A stretch of DNA of 64,000 nucleotides from an uncultured Gammaproteobacteria bacterium. Its GTDB lineage: Bacteria; Pseudomonadota; Gammaproteobacteria; Pseudomonadales; JAHEGP01. The DNA lies in the NCBI GenBank assembly GCA_963808975.1, contig CAWEHR010000005.1:2007-66006 (forward strand). Reading direction: 5' to 3'. The notes beneath the pieces are model-generated. The model did not search any database. It was not told the DNA's origin and was given only the letters and a program-made list of their open reading frames with translations. Positions 1 to 13,049 of this stretch are shown here, piece by piece (positions within the stretch are counted from its first letter, which is position 1; every line of letters begins with the position of its first letter). Both the position numbers and the translations under genes were made by a program.

Positions 1-1711
1 GGATGGCAATATCGGCCAGTTGGCTGGCATCCGGGTCCGGGTTGATCGCGCAATCGCCATACACCAGTACCTGGTCGGGGAGCAGCATGAAAAATATCGA
101 GGACACCAGGTTGGCGCCGGGCGCGGTCTTGATCAGCTGCAGGGCAGGGCGAATGGTGTTGGCAGTAGTGTGCACCGCCCCGGAGACAAGACCATCCACT
201 TCATCCAGTGCCAGCATCATGGTGCCCAGTACCACGTTGTCGCGCAGTTGTTCCCGCGCCATGACTGCCTCCAGACCCTTGTGTTTGCGCAGCCCCACCA
301 TGGCTTCAACATAGTGCTCGCGCACGGCACTGGGGTCGATGATTTCTACGCGCTCGCCCAATTCCACGCCCTGTTGGCGGGCAACCCGGTGCACCTCTTC
401 GGGATTGCCCAGCAGGACCGGTACCGCGATGCCGCGCTCTGCGCATATTGCGGCCGCTTTCACTGTGCGGGGCTCGAGCCCTTCGGGCAATACGATGCGC
501 CGCTCCACCGCGCTTGCCAGTTCGACCAACTGGTAGCGAAAAGCAGGGGGGGATAGTTTCATGGTTCTGGCAGAGCCCTTGGTCAGGCTCTCGATCCAGT
601 CTTGATCCATATGATTGGCAAAAAATTCACCGACCAGGTCGATGCGTTCGAAGTCGTCCGGGGGAATATCGCTATTGAAATCCTGCAATCGTTGGGCGGT
701 CTCCCAGGTGTCGCTCGAACTGAGCAGAATAGGCACCCGGCTGGTGATCATGGCGTTTCTGCACAAATCCGCGATAGATGGCTCGATGGCAACGCCGCCG
801 GTCAATAGCACGCAGCCAATCGCGGTGCCGTTCATGGCCGCGAGGCAGATGGCCGTCAGCACATCCGGTCGGTCGCCAGAGGTAACCAGCAAGGATTCCG
901 GTTGCATCAGGTGGATCATGGTGGGAACAGAGCGCGCGCAGAACGCCACGTTCCTGATGCGCCGGCTGTTGATATCGCCCTCATGGAGCACCGTTGCGTC
1001 CAGGTGATCCCGCAGGTCTGCAACGCGGGGAGCGACCAGCGCGGGATTCCAGGGTATGGCGCCCAACTGGGGCAGGGGGCTGTCGTCCATGCTCTCCAGT
1101 TCCAGCGCGCTTTTCTGGGGTTCTGCGGGGGCGGCGTCCAGTTCCTTCAAAGCCTTCGGCGCGCTGCTGCCACGATAAACCGGCGCGTCCATCTTGTTAA
1201 TGATGTATCCCTTGATGTTCTCGCCCCTGGCGCCCCCATATTCGCCCTGGGCCAGTTCCACCCGGTCGCGGATTCGATGCTTGGCCTTCGGGTCGGGGTA
1301 GGACACAAACACGATATCTGCCCCCAGCGCCCGGGCGATCTGGTAGTTAACCCGCGTGGCGAACGGCTGCTCCGGCCTGGGCGCCATACCTTCTATTACT
1401 ACCAGTTCTGCACCGACGGTGCCGCGCTTGCAGCGCTCGACGATCTGTTCCAGCAGGTCTGGAAGACGCTGTCGCGATATATAGTCCTCCGCCACTTCCA
1501 GGCTGAACGGTGCGGGTGGTACCAGCGTGGTCGCATGGCGAATAATCTCGGTGGACCGCTCCGGGCCGTCATAGCCCGGGTCGGGTTGGGCGATGGGTTT
1601 AAAAAAATTGACGGCGACGCCGGCGCGCTGCACCGCGAGGCATACACCTAGGCTGACACAGGTGACGCCGGCGCCCGGCTCCAGGGGAATCAGCATCAGG
1701 ACTCTGGTCAT
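1..1711 (-). CDS. pta: Phosphate acetyltransferase Pta, 3'-partial (runs off the left edge)
   Basis: Not in the ORF track because it is open at the window edge. Manual reverse translation from ATG at 1711-1709 gives MTRVLMLIPLEPGAGVTCVSLGVCLAVQRAGVAVNFFKPIAQP. This resembles the E. coli Pta N-terminus. Further on comes the PTA_PTB domain (...GLVSGAVHTTANTIRPALQLIKTAPG...DCAINPDP). The frame stays open to position 1. It lies immediately downstream of ackA. Confidence 0.9.
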   Translation of the reverse strand, partial: MTRVLMLIPLEPGAGVTCVSLGVCLAVQRAGVAVNFFKPIAQPDPGYDGPERSTEIIRHATTLVPPAPFSLEVAEDYISRQRLPDLLEQIVERCKRGTVGAELVVIEGMAPRPEQPFATRVNYQIARALGADIVFVSYPDPKAKHRIRDRVELAQGEYGGARGENIKGYIINKMDAPVYRGSSAPKALKELDAAPAEPQKSALELESMDDSPLPQLGAIPWNPALVAPRVADLRDHLDATVLHEGDINSRRIRNVAFCARSVPTMIHLMQPESLLVTSGDRPDVLTAICLAAMNGTAIGCVLLTGGVAIEPSIADLCRNAMITSRVPILLSSSDTWETAQRLQDFNSDIPPDDFERIDLVGEFFANHMDQDWIESLTKGSARTMKLSPPAFRYQLVELASAVERRIVLPEGLEPRTVKAAAICAERGIAVPVLLGNPEEVHRVARQQGVELGERVEIIDPSAVREHYVEAMVGLRKHKGLEAVMAREQLRDNVVLGTMMLALDEVDGLVSGAVHTTANTIRPALQLIKTAPGANLVSSIFFMLLPDQVLVYGDCAINPDPDASQLADIAI

Positions 1712-1768
1712 AGTGTCGTACCTTGGAATTGTGGGTTTATCATGGCGCCCTTGGCGCCAGGCCCGGGA

Positions 1769-2932
1769 TCAGTCCGGCTCGCGATGCTGCAGTATCGCCA
1801 GGGTCTGGCGCGCAATCACAAGCTCCTCGTCGGTTGCAATCACCCGCAGTTCTACTTTGGAGCCGGGTGCTGAAATCACACCCTCGTTGTTATCGTTGGC
1901 GGAAGTATCGAACTCGATGCCTAACCATTTCGCTTGTTCGGCAAAGCGAGCCCGGACCGGGCGCGAGTTTTCGCCTATGCCACCGGTGAACACCAGGGTG
2001 TCGATACCGCCCATAGCGGCCACCAGGGCGCCGACCTCTCGATTCAGCTGGTGCACGAAGTAGTCGAAGGCGAGGCGTGCGCCGGCCTCGGGGGATTCCA
2101 GCAGTTGGCGCATATCTGAACTGATGCCCGACAAGCCCAGCAGGCCACTTTGTCGGTACAGCAGGTCTTCGAGGCCCTGTGCATCCATCCCTTCGGACTG
2201 CAGCAGGTAGAGCAATACACCGGGATCGATGCGTCCACAGCGAGTGCCCATGCAAAGACCATCCAGCGCGGAAAAGCCCATGGTGGTTTCCAGCGAGCGG
2301 CCATTTACCATGGCGCAGAGGCTGGCGCCATTGCCCAGGTGCGCTACCAGTACCTTGCCACTGTGCACCTCGGGCAATTCCCGGGCCAGGTAGTGGGAGA
2401 TGTAAGCGTAGGACAGGCCATGGAAGCCGTAACGCCTGACTCCCTGCTGATAGAGGCGCTCGGGCAGGGCGAAGCGCTTAACCAGTTCTGGTTGCGTTGC
2501 GTGAAAGGCGGTGTCGAAACACGCGACGGAGGGCAGGTCATTGGCGGCGCGAACGGCGTCTATACCGCTCAGGTTATGGGGCTGGTGCAGGGGAGCGAGG
2601 GGGTTGAGTGCACGCAGTTGAGCCAGCACCTGGTCGTCTATCAGTACCGGTTTGCTGAAGTTGGCGCCACCATGGGTTACCCGATGGCCAACGGCCAGCA
2701 GTTCGCCCAGGTCGTCCTGCTGTTGTAGCCAGCTCTTCAGGTGCGCAAGGGCCTCGGCATGATTGGCTGCCGGGATCTCGCGGGACAATTCCCCGGCATG
2801 AAACCGTCCCCGTCCACCGATATTTTCGATCTGGCCCTTGGTTTTCGGGGTCAGATCCGATCCCGTAACCTGGTAGACGGCAAACTTGATGCTGGACGAT
2901 CCAGCGTTGAGAACTAACAGGCTTTCGGCCAT
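1769..2932 (-). CDS. ackA: Acetate kinase
   Basis: 387 aa. The N-terminus LVLNAGSSSIKFAVY and the overall sequence are typical of AckA. It forms an ackA-pta operon arrangement. Confidence 0.95.
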   Translation of the reverse strand: MAESLLVLNAGSSSIKFAVYQVTGSDLTPKTKGQIENIGGRGRFHAGELSREIPAANHAEALAHLKSWLQQQDDLGELLAVGHRVTHGGANFSKPVLIDDQVLAQLRALNPLAPLHQPHNLSGIDAVRAANDLPSVACFDTAFHATQPELVKRFALPERLYQQGVRRYGFHGLSYAYISHYLARELPEVHSGKVLVAHLGNGASLCAMVNGRSLETTMGFSALDGLCMGTRCGRIDPGVLLYLLQSEGMDAQGLEDLLYRQSGLLGLSGISSDMRQLLESPEAGARLAFDYFVHQLNREVGALVAAMGGIDTLVFTGGIGENSRPVRARFAEQAKWLGIEFDTSANDNNEGVISAPGSKVELRVIATDEELVIARQTLAILQHREPD

Positions 2933-3070
2933 GGCCCCTAAACTCGCTTGGTTGTACTGTTGGTCAGGGCGCCGGCGACAATGACCGGCGCTCTCTTGGC
3001 CTGGATTGATCTATGCAAACCCCGGGTAAAAGGGTTTGGCAAACTCAGGAGGAGAGGGCAAACCTGCCCA

Positions 3071-4036
3071 CTACTGCACGGTTTCCGCGTCGCTCCACAT
3101 GCCCTCGAACAGTGCCGACGACAGGTAGCGCTCGGTGAGGTCCGGCAGGATCACCACGATGTTCTTACCCCTGTGTTGCTCCTGCTTCGCTACCCGGTCG
3201 GCCGCTGCCATGGCCGCTCCACAGGAAATACCCGCCAGAATGCCTTCCTCCCGCATCAGGCGGTGGGTCCACTCCATGGCTTCCTCGTTGCTTACCCGTT
3301 CCACTTGGTCGACCATATCGAGGTCCAGGTTCCCGGGCACAAAGCCGGCGCCGATGCCCTGGATTTTGTGCGGGCCGTGGGTGGGCTCCTCCCCGGCCTT
3401 GGCCGCGGTAATCACGGTAGTGGAGTCGGGTTCAACAGCAACCGCGGTGATCGCTTTACCCTGGGTACCCTTGATGTAGCGGCAAATACCGGTCAGGGTT
3501 CCACCGGTGCCGACGCCACTGACCAGCACATCGATGTTGCCGTCGGTATCGCGCCAGATTTCCGGCCCGGTGGTCTGCTCATGGATTTGCGGGTTGGCGG
3601 GGTTGGTAAACTGCTGTGGCATGTAGTATCTATTCGGGTCGCCAGCGGCGATTTCAGCCATCTTGGCAAGTGCTGCCGGCATACCCTTTGCGCCTTCCGT
3701 CAACACCAGCTTGGCACCCAGTGCCTTGAGTAGCTTGCGCCGCTCCAGGCTCATGGTGCTGGGCATGGTGAGGGTAATAGGGTAGCCCCGCGCCGCCGCG
3801 ACGAAGGCCAGGGCGATACCGGTATTGCCGCTGGTGGCTTCCAGTATTTCCATGCCGGGCTTGAGTTCACCGCTTTTTTCGGCCGCCCAGACCATACTGG
3901 CGCCAATCCGGCACTTGACCGAGTAGGCCGGGTTGCGGCCCTCTATCTTGGCGTAGATATTGCCATCGCTGATGCGGTTGAGCTTGACCAGCGGCGTGTT
4001 GCCGATGGTTTCACTGTTGTCGTTGAAAAGTGGCAT
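3071..4036 (-). CDS. cysK: Cysteine synthase A (O-acetylserine sulfhydrylase)
   Basis: 321 aa. Contains [11 protein letters not shown], a PLP-lysine context [11 protein letters not shown], and SGNTGIALA. Confidence 0.88.
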   Translation of the reverse strand: MPLFNDNSETIGNTPLVKLNRISDGNIYAKIEGRNPAYSVKCRIGASMVWAAEKSGELKPGMEILEATSGNTGIALAFVAAARGYPITLTMPSTMSLERRKLLKALGAKLVLTEGAKGMPAALAKMAEIAAGDPNRYYMPQQFTNPANPQIHEQTTGPEIWRDTDGNIDVLVSGVGTGGTLTGICRYIKGTQGKAITAVAVEPDSTTVITAAKAGEEPTHGPHKIQGIGAGFVPGNLDLDMVDQVERVSNEEAMEWTHRLMREEGILAGISCGAAMAAADRVAKQEQHRGKNIVVILPDLTERYLSSALFEGMWSDAETVQ

Positions 4037-4100
4037 GCGCTGCGCCTCCCTGATTATTTTTAATCAAGCGCCTAGCCTATGCGCAATCATTTCCTATGTC

Positions 4101-4132
4101 CAGAAAGTAAAGTGCCGACACGAAGTCGGCAC
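4101..4132 (-). terminator. Candidate rho-independent terminator after rpoD
   Basis: The minus strand reads GTGCCGAC-TTCG-GTCGGCAC followed by TTTACTTTCT, about 20 nt after the rpoD stop. Confidence 0.55.
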
Positions 4133-4151
4133 AACGGGGCTTGAATTCTCG

Positions 4152-5960
<1,809 letters not shown>

Positions 5961-6043
5961 GGTGGCCCTTGTGCAGTGCGTTGGGAAAAAACAGCCCTGT
6001 AGTATAACTTACTAACGGTATATGCTGCCAGAATCAATTATTT

Positions 6044-6076
6044 AAAGGGCGGGCCAGGCCACTATGTCTGGCCCGC
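6044..6076 (-). terminator. Hairpin between dnaG and rpoD (weak terminator or attenuator candidate)
   Basis: The minus strand reads GCGGGCCAG-(10 nt)-CTGGCCCGC followed by CCTTTAAATAA. The stem is 9 bp but the T-tract is short. Confidence 0.35.
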
Positions 6077-6080
6077 TCCA

Positions 6081-7946
6081 TCAAGTGTGGCGACTGTTGT
6101 TTGCCTGTAGTGCGGTCAGTACCTCCTTGTAGCGCATTTTTTGCTCCGCCGACATCGATCCACATCGGTTCAGCTCCAACCACTCCTGTTCCAGTGCCCG
6201 GCGCTCTATGTCGCGGCGAATACGCTTCAGAGCGCCGGCGAACTCCTCCCGGGCCTTGTTTTCATCTTCCAGCAGGTCTTCGAAACCGAGCAGCGCGGTG
6301 GCGAGGTCGTGTTTGTCGGTATTGAGCCAGGAGCCGACCAGTGTGTGAGTGCGGGTGTCGGGCTCGCGCCGCAGCAGGTCCAGCATTTCCACCAGTAACT
6401 GGGCTTCGATGGAGTCCAGGTCGCGCAGTTCATCGGGCTCGGGCGCCAACGAAGCCAGCCCGGGGTAGAGCAGGAGAGTAGCCAATGCGGCACGCAGGGG
6501 TGTTTTTTCAACCAGCTGGCGCTGGGCTTGACGCAACACCGGGCCCGGTGTTGTCGCCTGATCGCCCGGCGCGGGTGGCAGTGGGGTGGGCGCAACCGCA
6601 GGGACAGGGCCGTCCGGCTCTGGGGCCATGGGTTCCCGGCGACTGGCAATCCCTGCCATGGTTTCTCTATCGAGACCGGTAAGGCGCGCCAGTTCCTGCA
6701 TCAGTAGTTCCTTAAACACCCCGTCCGGGGCTTGCCTGATCAACGGCAGGCAAAGATTACTGAATCGACTACGGCCGTCGGTTCTACCCAGGTCGATGCC
6801 TGCGGAGAAGCTTTCAAACAGGAAGTCGGCAATGGGCTGGCTGGCTTCGAATTGGCGCTCGAAAGCCTGCTTGCCAATGTTGCGGACCGTGCTGTCCGGG
6901 TCCTCGCCCTCGTCGAGAAATAGAAAGCTGGCCTGTCTGCCATCACTCATCAGGGGCATGGTAGCTTCGAGGGCCCGCCGGGCAGCGCTGCGCCCCGCCT
7001 TGTCGCCGTCGAAGCAAAAAATCACCCAGGGTGTATGCCGAAATATGCGCTCCAGGTGCGCCTTGCCGACGGCGGTGCCCAAAGTCGCGGCGGCATAGTC
7101 GATACCGTGCTGGGCCAGGGCCACGACGTCCATGTAACCCTCTACGATGACCAGTCTGGTCAGGTCGCGGTTGGCCCGGCGAGCCTCGTAGAGGCCATAC
7201 AACTCGCGGCTCTTGCTGAAGACCGGCGTTTCGGGTGAGTTGAGATACTTGGGCGTGTCATCACCGAGCACGCGCCCGCCAAAGGCGATAATGCGCCCGC
7301 GAATGTCGTGAATGGGAAACATGATGCGGTCGCGAAAACGATCGTAGTAGCCTTTGTCGTCGCGCGCTACCAGCATGCCGGCCTCGCTGAGCAGAGCTCG
7401 CTGTGCTTCAGTTTGCGCCTGGGCCTTGATCAGGTTGTCCCAGCCGGGCGGCGCGTAGCCGATGCCGAACTGCCTGGCGATCTGTCCGGTGAGTCCACGG
7501 CCTTTCAGGTAATCCACCGCGCGCCGGGCCTCGCTGTGCCGGCGCAGCTGATGCTGGTACCAGCGGCTGCAATTGTTCAATACCGCGTAGATCGGCTCGC
7601 TGCGTATACGCCGTTGCTGGTCGCGCCCGCCGTCTTCCCGGGGCACTTCGAGGCCGGCATTGCGAGCGAGTTGCTCAACGGCTGCGGGAAATTCGAGGCG
7701 GTCGTGCTCCATCAGGAAGCCGATGGCGTTACCCCCGGCGCCACAGCCAAAACAGTAGTAAAACTGTTTGTCTCCGTTGACTGAGAAGGAGGGTGTTTTT
7801 TCCTTGTGGAAAGGGCACAGGCCCTTGTGATTGCGGCCGGTTCGCTTCAGCTCGACGCGGGCTTCCACCACCTCGACAATATCGACCCGGTTGAGAAGCT
7901 CATCGATAAAAGACTGTGGAATTTTGCCGCGCATGGCCCCAATCAT
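6081..7946 (-). CDS. dnaG: DNA primase
   Basis: 621 aa. Contains a zinc ribbon (CPFHKEKTPSFSVNGDKQFYYCFGCGAGGN) and a TOPRIM region (VIVEGYMDV). The start may instead be the ATG at 7934 (MRGKIPQSF...). Confidence 0.95.
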   Translation of the reverse strand: MIGAMRGKIPQSFIDELLNRVDIVEVVEARVELKRTGRNHKGLCPFHKEKTPSFSVNGDKQFYYCFGCGAGGNAIGFLMEHDRLEFPAAVEQLARNAGLEVPREDGGRDQQRRIRSEPIYAVLNNCSRWYQHQLRRHSEARRAVDYLKGRGLTGQIARQFGIGYAPPGWDNLIKAQAQTEAQRALLSEAGMLVARDDKGYYDRFRDRIMFPIHDIRGRIIAFGGRVLGDDTPKYLNSPETPVFSKSRELYGLYEARRANRDLTRLVIVEGYMDVVALAQHGIDYAAATLGTAVGKAHLERIFRHTPWVIFCFDGDKAGRSAARRALEATMPLMSDGRQASFLFLDEGEDPDSTVRNIGKQAFERQFEASQPIADFLFESFSAGIDLGRTDGRSRFSNLCLPLIRQAPDGVFKELLMQELARLTGLDRETMAGIASRREPMAPEPDGPVPAVAPTPLPPAPGDQATTPGPVLRQAQRQLVEKTPLRAALATLLLYPGLASLAPEPDELRDLDSIEAQLLVEMLDLLRREPDTRTHTLVGSWLNTDKHDLATALLGFEDLLEDENKAREEFAGALKRIRRDIERRALEQEWLELNRCGSMSAEQKMRYKEVLTALQANNSRHT

Positions 7947-8041
7947 ATCAGGGGCTGAAGCTACACCCCAAGTCTGTTGCTAAACCGCTGCGGTGCCGGC
8001 AATAGCGCCGTGATCGTTACGTTTGCCGGCCACGATTTTTG

Positions 8042-8494
8042 TTATTGCAGCAGGGCTTTTACCATTTTGCTGACTGCGCCCATGTCGGCGCGGCCCTGGG
8101 TCTGGGGCTTGACCAGCGCCATTACCTTGCCCATGTCCTGCATCGAGCTGGCGCCACTGTCGGCAATTGCCGCGCGCACGATGGCTTCGAGTTCTTCCTG
8201 CCCCAGCCTGGCGGGCATAAACTCCTCGATAACGCTGATCTCAAAAGCTTCCTGGCTGGCGAGGTCGTCCCGTCCGGCAGCCTGGTACTGGCTGAACGAA
8301 TCCCGCCGCTGCTTGAGCATCTTGTCGAGTATTGCAAGCACGCGCTGGTCGTCGAGTTCTATACGTTCATCGACCTCAACGCGCTTCATTTCTGCCATCA
8401 TCAGGCGAATGGCGCCCAGCCGGGGCTTGTCGCCCGCTTTGAGAGCGGATTTCATGGCGCTGTTGATTGTCGCTTTCAAGTTTTCCTGGGTCAT
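8042..8494 (-). CDS. GatB/YqeY domain protein
   Basis: 150 aa, with a YqeY-like sequence. It occupies the conserved position between rpsU and dnaG, as in Pseudomonas. Confidence 0.85.
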   Translation of the reverse strand: MTQENLKATINSAMKSALKAGDKPRLGAIRLMMAEMKRVEVDERIELDDQRVLAILDKMLKQRRDSFSQYQAAGRDDLASQEAFEISVIEEFMPARLGQEELEAIVRAAIADSGASSMQDMGKVMALVKPQTQGRADMGAVSKMVKALLQ

Positions 8495-8572
8495 AGCGTG
8501 GACCGCCTGTAGCGCAAAAAGCCCTGACGGGCACCGCCAGAGCTGGAATGGGAAATTCGGGTGCCGGGATGT

Positions 8573-8788
8573 CTAGTAGAGACGCTGCATCCTGCGATTT
8601 TCGCGCTGCAGTTTCTTCAGGTGACGCTTCACCGCCGCAGCCTTGTTGCGCTTGCGCACGGTTGTGGGCTTTTCGTAAAACTCACGACGCCGCACTTCAG
8701 CCATAATGCCGGCTTTTTCGCAGGAGCGTTTGAAGCGGCGCAGGGCAATATCGAAGGGCTCGTTTTCTCTAACTCTAACTTCTGGCAT
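8573..8788 (-). CDS. rpsU: 30S ribosomal protein S21
   Basis: 71 aa: [27 protein letters not shown]... Confidence 0.97.
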   Translation of the reverse strand: MPEVRVRENEPFDIALRRFKRSCEKAGIMAEVRRREFYEKPTTVRKRNKAAAVKRHLKKLQRENRRMQRLY

Positions 8789-8952
8789 CTAGTTCTCTAT
8801 CCGATTTGGCTGACACAATAAGACCAGCCGACTACGCGCTGGTTTAAGGGGGCGAGATGATATACCTCTGAACCGCAAAATGCAAAGCGCTCTTTTCGCT
8901 GCTGGCACCATGCTTTAGAATGCGCGTTCAGCAGGGCAGGCAGTGCAATCAG

Positions 8953-10035
8953 ATGCGAATATTGGGTATTGAAACATCCTGCGACGAAACCGGCGTGGCG
9001 ATTTACGACAGCGAGCGCGGCTTGCTCGCAGACCGCTTGTACAGCCAGGTAGCGCTGCACGCAGAGTACGGTGGTGTGGTGCCCGAGTTGGCGTCGCGTG
9101 ATCACATTCGTAAAACCCTGCCTATGATCACCCAGACCCTGGCGATGGCGCGGCTCGAAGGCACCGATATCGACGGTGTGGCCTACACCGCAGGTCCGGG
9201 ACTGGTGGGTGCCCTGATGGTAGGGGCGGCCATCGCGCGCTCCCTGGCCTATGCCTGGTCGGTGCCCGCGGTGGCGGTGCATCATATGGAGGGCCACCTG
9301 TTGGCGCCCATGCTGGAATCGGAGCCCCCCGGGTTTCCCCTGGTAGCGCTGCTGGTTTCGGGGGGGCATACCCAACTGGTGAAGGTCGAGGGTATCGGTC
9401 GCTACCAGCTACTCGGTGAGTCCCTCGACGATGCTGCGGGGGAGGCCTTCGACAAAACCGCGAAGATGCTCGGCCTGCCGTATCCGGGTGGTCCCCATGT
9501 CGCCCGCCTGGCGAGCCAGGGCAATGCGCGCCGCTACCGGTTTCCCCGTCCCATGACCAACCGGCCGGGACTCGACTTCAGTTTTAGCGGGTTAAAAACC
9601 TTCACCTTGAATACCATTGCCGCTGAAACGCGTGATGGCGCTCCCCTGGATGAGCAGACCCGCGCCGACATCGCCGCGGCTTTCGAGGAGGCGGTGGTCG
9701 ATACCCTGGCCCTGAAATGTCGCCGCGCCCTCGAGCAAACCGGGTTGCGCCAACTGGTGATTGCCGGCGGCGTAAGCGCCAATGTCCAGTTGCGCCGGAA
9801 ATTGCAGGCGATGTGCGCCGGGCTCGATAGCCGGGTGTTTTATGCCCGTCCGCAATTTTGTACCGATAACGGCGCGATGATTGCCTACGCCGGCTGCCAG
9901 CGACTGCTGGCCGGTGAGCAGCAGGACCTGGGGATCGCGGTCAGGGGGCGGTGGCCGCTGGAAGAACTGAGCGCGGTTGATATTGGCAGCGCCCAGCCGA
10001 CTCTGGGCTTCGGCGAGAATTCCACATCTCGCTAG
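8953..10035 (+). CDS. tsaD: tRNA N6-threonylcarbamoyladenosine synthesis protein TsaD
   Basis: [20 protein letters not shown] moved the start from the track ORF (8920) to the ATG at 8953. It is divergent from rpsU. Confidence 0.93.
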   Translation: MRILGIETSCDETGVAIYDSERGLLADRLYSQVALHAEYGGVVPELASRDHIRKTLPMITQTLAMARLEGTDIDGVAYTAGPGLVGALMVGAAIARSLAYAWSVPAVAVHHMEGHLLAPMLESEPPGFPLVALLVSGGHTQLVKVEGIGRYQLLGESLDDAAGEAFDKTAKMLGLPYPGGPHVARLASQGNARRYRFPRPMTNRPGLDFSFSGLKTFTLNTIAAETRDGAPLDEQTRADIAAAFEEAVVDTLALKCRRALEQTGLRQLVIAGGVSANVQLRRKLQAMCAGLDSRVFYARPQFCTDNGAMIAYAGCQRLLAGEQQDLGIAVRGRWPLEELSAVDIGSAQPTLGFGENSTSR

Positions 10036-10084
10036 ATTTGATGGCCGGGCGCATGCGCAGGAATGGACAAGGTTTGGAGTACAG

Positions 10085-10441
10085 ATGGATAAGGTTTATA
10101 TACGGGATTTGCGTGTCGACACAGTGATCGGCATCTACGACTGGGAGCGGGAGGTTCGCCAGACCGTGAGTATCGACCTGGAAATGGCCACCGATATCCG
10201 ACGCGCAGCGCGCTCTGACAGTATTGAGGACACCCTCAATTACAAGGCCGTAGCCAAGCGCTTGATTCAGTTCATTGGCGACAGCGACTTCCAGTTGGTT
10301 GAAACCCTCGCCGAGCGCTGTGCGGCGCTGGTACTGGACGAGTTCGATGTCCCTTGGTTGCGCCTGCGTCTCAGCAAGCCGGGTGCGGTTCGTGGCTCGC
10401 GGGATGTTGGCATTATCATCGAACGCTCCGGGCAGTCATGA
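10085..10441 (+). CDS. folB: Dihydroneopterin aldolase
   Basis: MDKVYIRDLRVDTVIGIYDWEREVRQTVSIDLEM, a FolB signature. Start set at the ATG at 10085. Confidence 0.85.
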   Translation: MDKVYIRDLRVDTVIGIYDWEREVRQTVSIDLEMATDIRRAARSDSIEDTLNYKAVAKRLIQFIGDSDFQLVETLAERCAALVLDEFDVPWLRLRLSKPGAVRGSRDVGIIIERSGQS

Positions 10442-10442
10442 T

Positions 10443-10949
10443 ATGACCCAGGTATTCCTGTCGCTTGGCAGCAACATCGAGCCCCATGCTCACCTGCGGC
10501 AGGCAATAGCGGCATTACGCGCCAATTTTGGTGAACTGGTGTTGTCTCCGGTGTACGAGAGTGTGGCCGTGGGCTTCAAGGGCTCCAATTTTCTGAATCT
10601 GGTAGTGGCGGTGGACACCGATCTGCCGGTGGGTGCCCTCAGCAGCCTGATGCGCGAGATAGAAGCGAGTAACGGCCGCCGTCGCGACACCGAAAAATTT
10701 GCTTCGCGCACCCTCGATATCGATATCCTGACTTACGGTGAGACCGTGGGCGTGGTGGACGGTGTGACGCTGCCCCGCGATGAGATTGAGCGCTACGGTT
10801 TCGTGATTAAGCCGCTGGCCGATATTGCCGCCGATCAGGTTTACCCGGTTACCGGCGAGCGCTATGCCGATTTGTCCCGGCGCCTGACCGCTAACGACGA
10901 TTCGCTGTGGCGGGTGGATGTGGAGCTGAATTCTGAACCTGGGGATTGA
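10443..10949 (+). CDS. folK: Hydroxymethyldihydropterin pyrophosphokinase
   Basis: MTQVFLSLGSNIEPHAHLRQAIAAL...SPVYES...RTLDIDIL. The ATG lies 1 nt after the folB stop. Confidence 0.88.
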   Translation: MTQVFLSLGSNIEPHAHLRQAIAALRANFGELVLSPVYESVAVGFKGSNFLNLVVAVDTDLPVGALSSLMREIEASNGRRRDTEKFASRTLDIDILTYGETVGVVDGVTLPRDEIERYGFVIKPLADIAADQVYPVTGERYADLSRRLTANDDSLWRVDVELNSEPGD

Positions 10950-10990
10950 GCCGCTGTGCCTGAACCGGGCGCAAGCATCGGCGTAGCACC

Positions 10991-11740
10991 TCAGCTCACT
11001 ACTGACCGGCCTCCGTCCACGGCAATGATCTGGCCACTGATATAGGGCGCCTCGCTGGCGAGGAACCATGCCGTGCGAGCGATATCGCCCGGCTCGCCAC
11101 AGCGCCCGAGCGGGATCCTGGCGAGAACATCCTGTTTATCGTCCGCATCGGGGGTGGCTTCGCCCTCGGGCCAGAGAATGGCGCCCGGGGAAATGCCATT
11201 CACCCGCACCTCGGGGCTGGCCTCACGGGCAAGCGCTTGCGTTAGCATGGCCAATCCGGCCTTGGCGGCACAGTAGACACTGTGCCCGGCAAGTGGACGC
11301 TGGGCATGGATGTCGACCAGGTTGATAATGCAGCCGCGGGTTGTCCGCAGCGCCGGCAGGCAGGCCTGACTCAGGAAAAACGGTCCCTTCAGGTTGCTGT
11401 CGATCAAGGCATTCCATTGGGCATCGTCGACCTGGCCCAACGGGGTTGGGTAAAACTGCGAGGCGTTGTTGATCAACACGTCGAGACGACCCCAGTGTTT
11501 GAGCAATAGCTGGGCCAATGCAGCGAGCGCGGCGGTATCTCCGAGGGCAGCGCCCAGCGCCAGGGCGCTGTCGCAGCGTTGTTGACACAGCTCTGCAGCC
11601 AGGGCCCGGGCAGCATCGCCTGAGCTGTTATAGTGAATTGCCACGCGAAATCCGCGCTGGTGAAAATACCGGGCCGTGGCAGCGCCCAGTCGGTGCGCGG
11701 CACCGGTGATCAGGGCGACCCTGGTCGTTCCATCGTTCAT
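10991..11740 (-). CDS. SDR-family pteridine reductase-like oxidoreductase (FolM-like)
   Basis: Contains ALITGAAHRLG (Rossmann fold) and a YCAAK catalytic motif. Start set at MNDGTT (11740), just after the cca stop. Confidence 0.75.
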   Translation of the reverse strand: MNDGTTRVALITGAAHRLGAATARYFHQRGFRVAIHYNSSGDAARALAAELCQQRCDSALALGAALGDTAALAALAQLLLKHWGRLDVLINNASQFYPTPLGQVDDAQWNALIDSNLKGPFFLSQACLPALRTTRGCIINLVDIHAQRPLAGHSVYCAAKAGLAMLTQALAREASPEVRVNGISPGAILWPEGEATPDADDKQDVLARIPLGRCGEPGDIARTAWFLASEAPYISGQIIAVDGGRSVVS

Positions 11741-11753
11741 GTGTAAAGCCTCG

Positions 11754-12992
11754 TTATCGCTGGCCAGGGTGCCCTGGTCTTGGCACCCGGTGGATTGCCT
11801 CGATACGCCGGGCGGCAATCTGCTCGCCGAGGCGCTTGCCGTTATAGCCTGCGGCTACCAGTTGCTGGTGGTCGACGCAATCGGCGGCCTGTAAGGCCGC
11901 CAGCAAAAAGCCTGACTGCAGGTAGGGCCGATCCTCGAAGCCCAGGCGACCGCGGCTATCAGCCTCGCAGCACTGGAGAAACTCGATAAACCGCTCCGGG
12001 CGGCGCAGCGCATCGGTGGCGGTGAGCAGCTTCAGGACGGTGCTGTCCCTCACCGTGAGAATGCGGTGCGCGAGGCCGTGGTAACGACAACACAGCAGGG
12101 CCAGGTCGCGGTGGTCGTTGGGCACGCGCAGGCGCTGGCACAACCCCCTGATAATGTCGATGCCGCGATGTTCATGGGCGATATGTTGCGGCAACTCGGC
12201 CTCCGGGGTCGTGCCCTTGCCCAGATCGTGCACCAGCGCGGCGAATCGTACCCGGGTTTGGCCGCTGAGCTGCGCCGCCTGCTGCAACACCATCAGGGTG
12301 TGCGTCCCGGTGTCGATTTCGGGGTGGTGCCTGGCCGGTTGCGGGACGCCAAACAGGCGTTCCAGTTCCGGCATGATACTGGCCAGCGCCCCACAATCAT
12401 GGAGCTCCTGAAAGTAGACCTCGGGGTGGTCTGAGGCCAGGGCCTTGCTGGTTTCCTGCCAGACCCGCTCCGGGACGAGATAGTCGAGCTCACCACTGGC
12501 AGCAATTTGCCCCATCAGCTCCCTGGTTTCGCCGGCAACGCGAAAACCGAGCCCGGCAAACCGGGCCGCAAAGCGGGCAACCCGGAGTACCCGCAACGGG
12601 TCTTCCACAAAGGCGTCGCTGACATGGCGCAGCAGGCGCCGTTGCAGATCCCGCTCGCCGTTATAGGGGTCTATAAGCGTGCCGTCGTCGGCTTGTGCCA
12701 TGGCGTTGATGGTCAGGTCGCGCCGTTGCAGGTCCTGTTCTAGGGTGGTCTCGGGGGAGGTGAAGAACTCGAATCCCGCATAGCCGTGGCCATTTTTACG
12801 CTCGGTGCGGGCGAGGGCGTACTCTTCTTTACTCTGGGGATGCAGGAACACCGGAAAGTCCTTGCCTACCGGGCGGTAACCGGCTGCGCTCATCTGGGCA
12901 GGGGTTGCGCCGGTAACGACCCAGTCACGCTCGTGTACCTCAAGCCCGAGTAATTGGTCTCTGACGGCGCCACCGACCAGGTAGATGTTCAT
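11754..12992 (-). CDS. cca: Multifunctional CCA-adding enzyme with HD domain
   Basis: 412 aa. Contains [16 protein letters not shown] and an HD domain (HDLGK). Confidence 0.92.
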   Translation of the reverse strand: MNIYLVGGAVRDQLLGLEVHERDWVVTGATPAQMSAAGYRPVGKDFPVFLHPQSKEEYALARTERKNGHGYAGFEFFTSPETTLEQDLQRRDLTINAMAQADDGTLIDPYNGERDLQRRLLRHVSDAFVEDPLRVLRVARFAARFAGLGFRVAGETRELMGQIAASGELDYLVPERVWQETSKALASDHPEVYFQELHDCGALASIMPELERLFGVPQPARHHPEIDTGTHTLMVLQQAAQLSGQTRVRFAALVHDLGKGTTPEAELPQHIAHEHRGIDIIRGLCQRLRVPNDHRDLALLCCRYHGLAHRILTVRDSTVLKLLTATDALRRPERFIEFLQCCEADSRGRLGFEDRPYLQSGFLLAALQAADCVDHQQLVAAGYNGKRLGEQIAARRIEAIHRVPRPGHPGQR

Positions 12993-13049
12993 AAGGCACG
13001 ACCGTTGTTGGGAAGGTTTTCCCCTCGTTGGTTATCTGATGGGCAACTG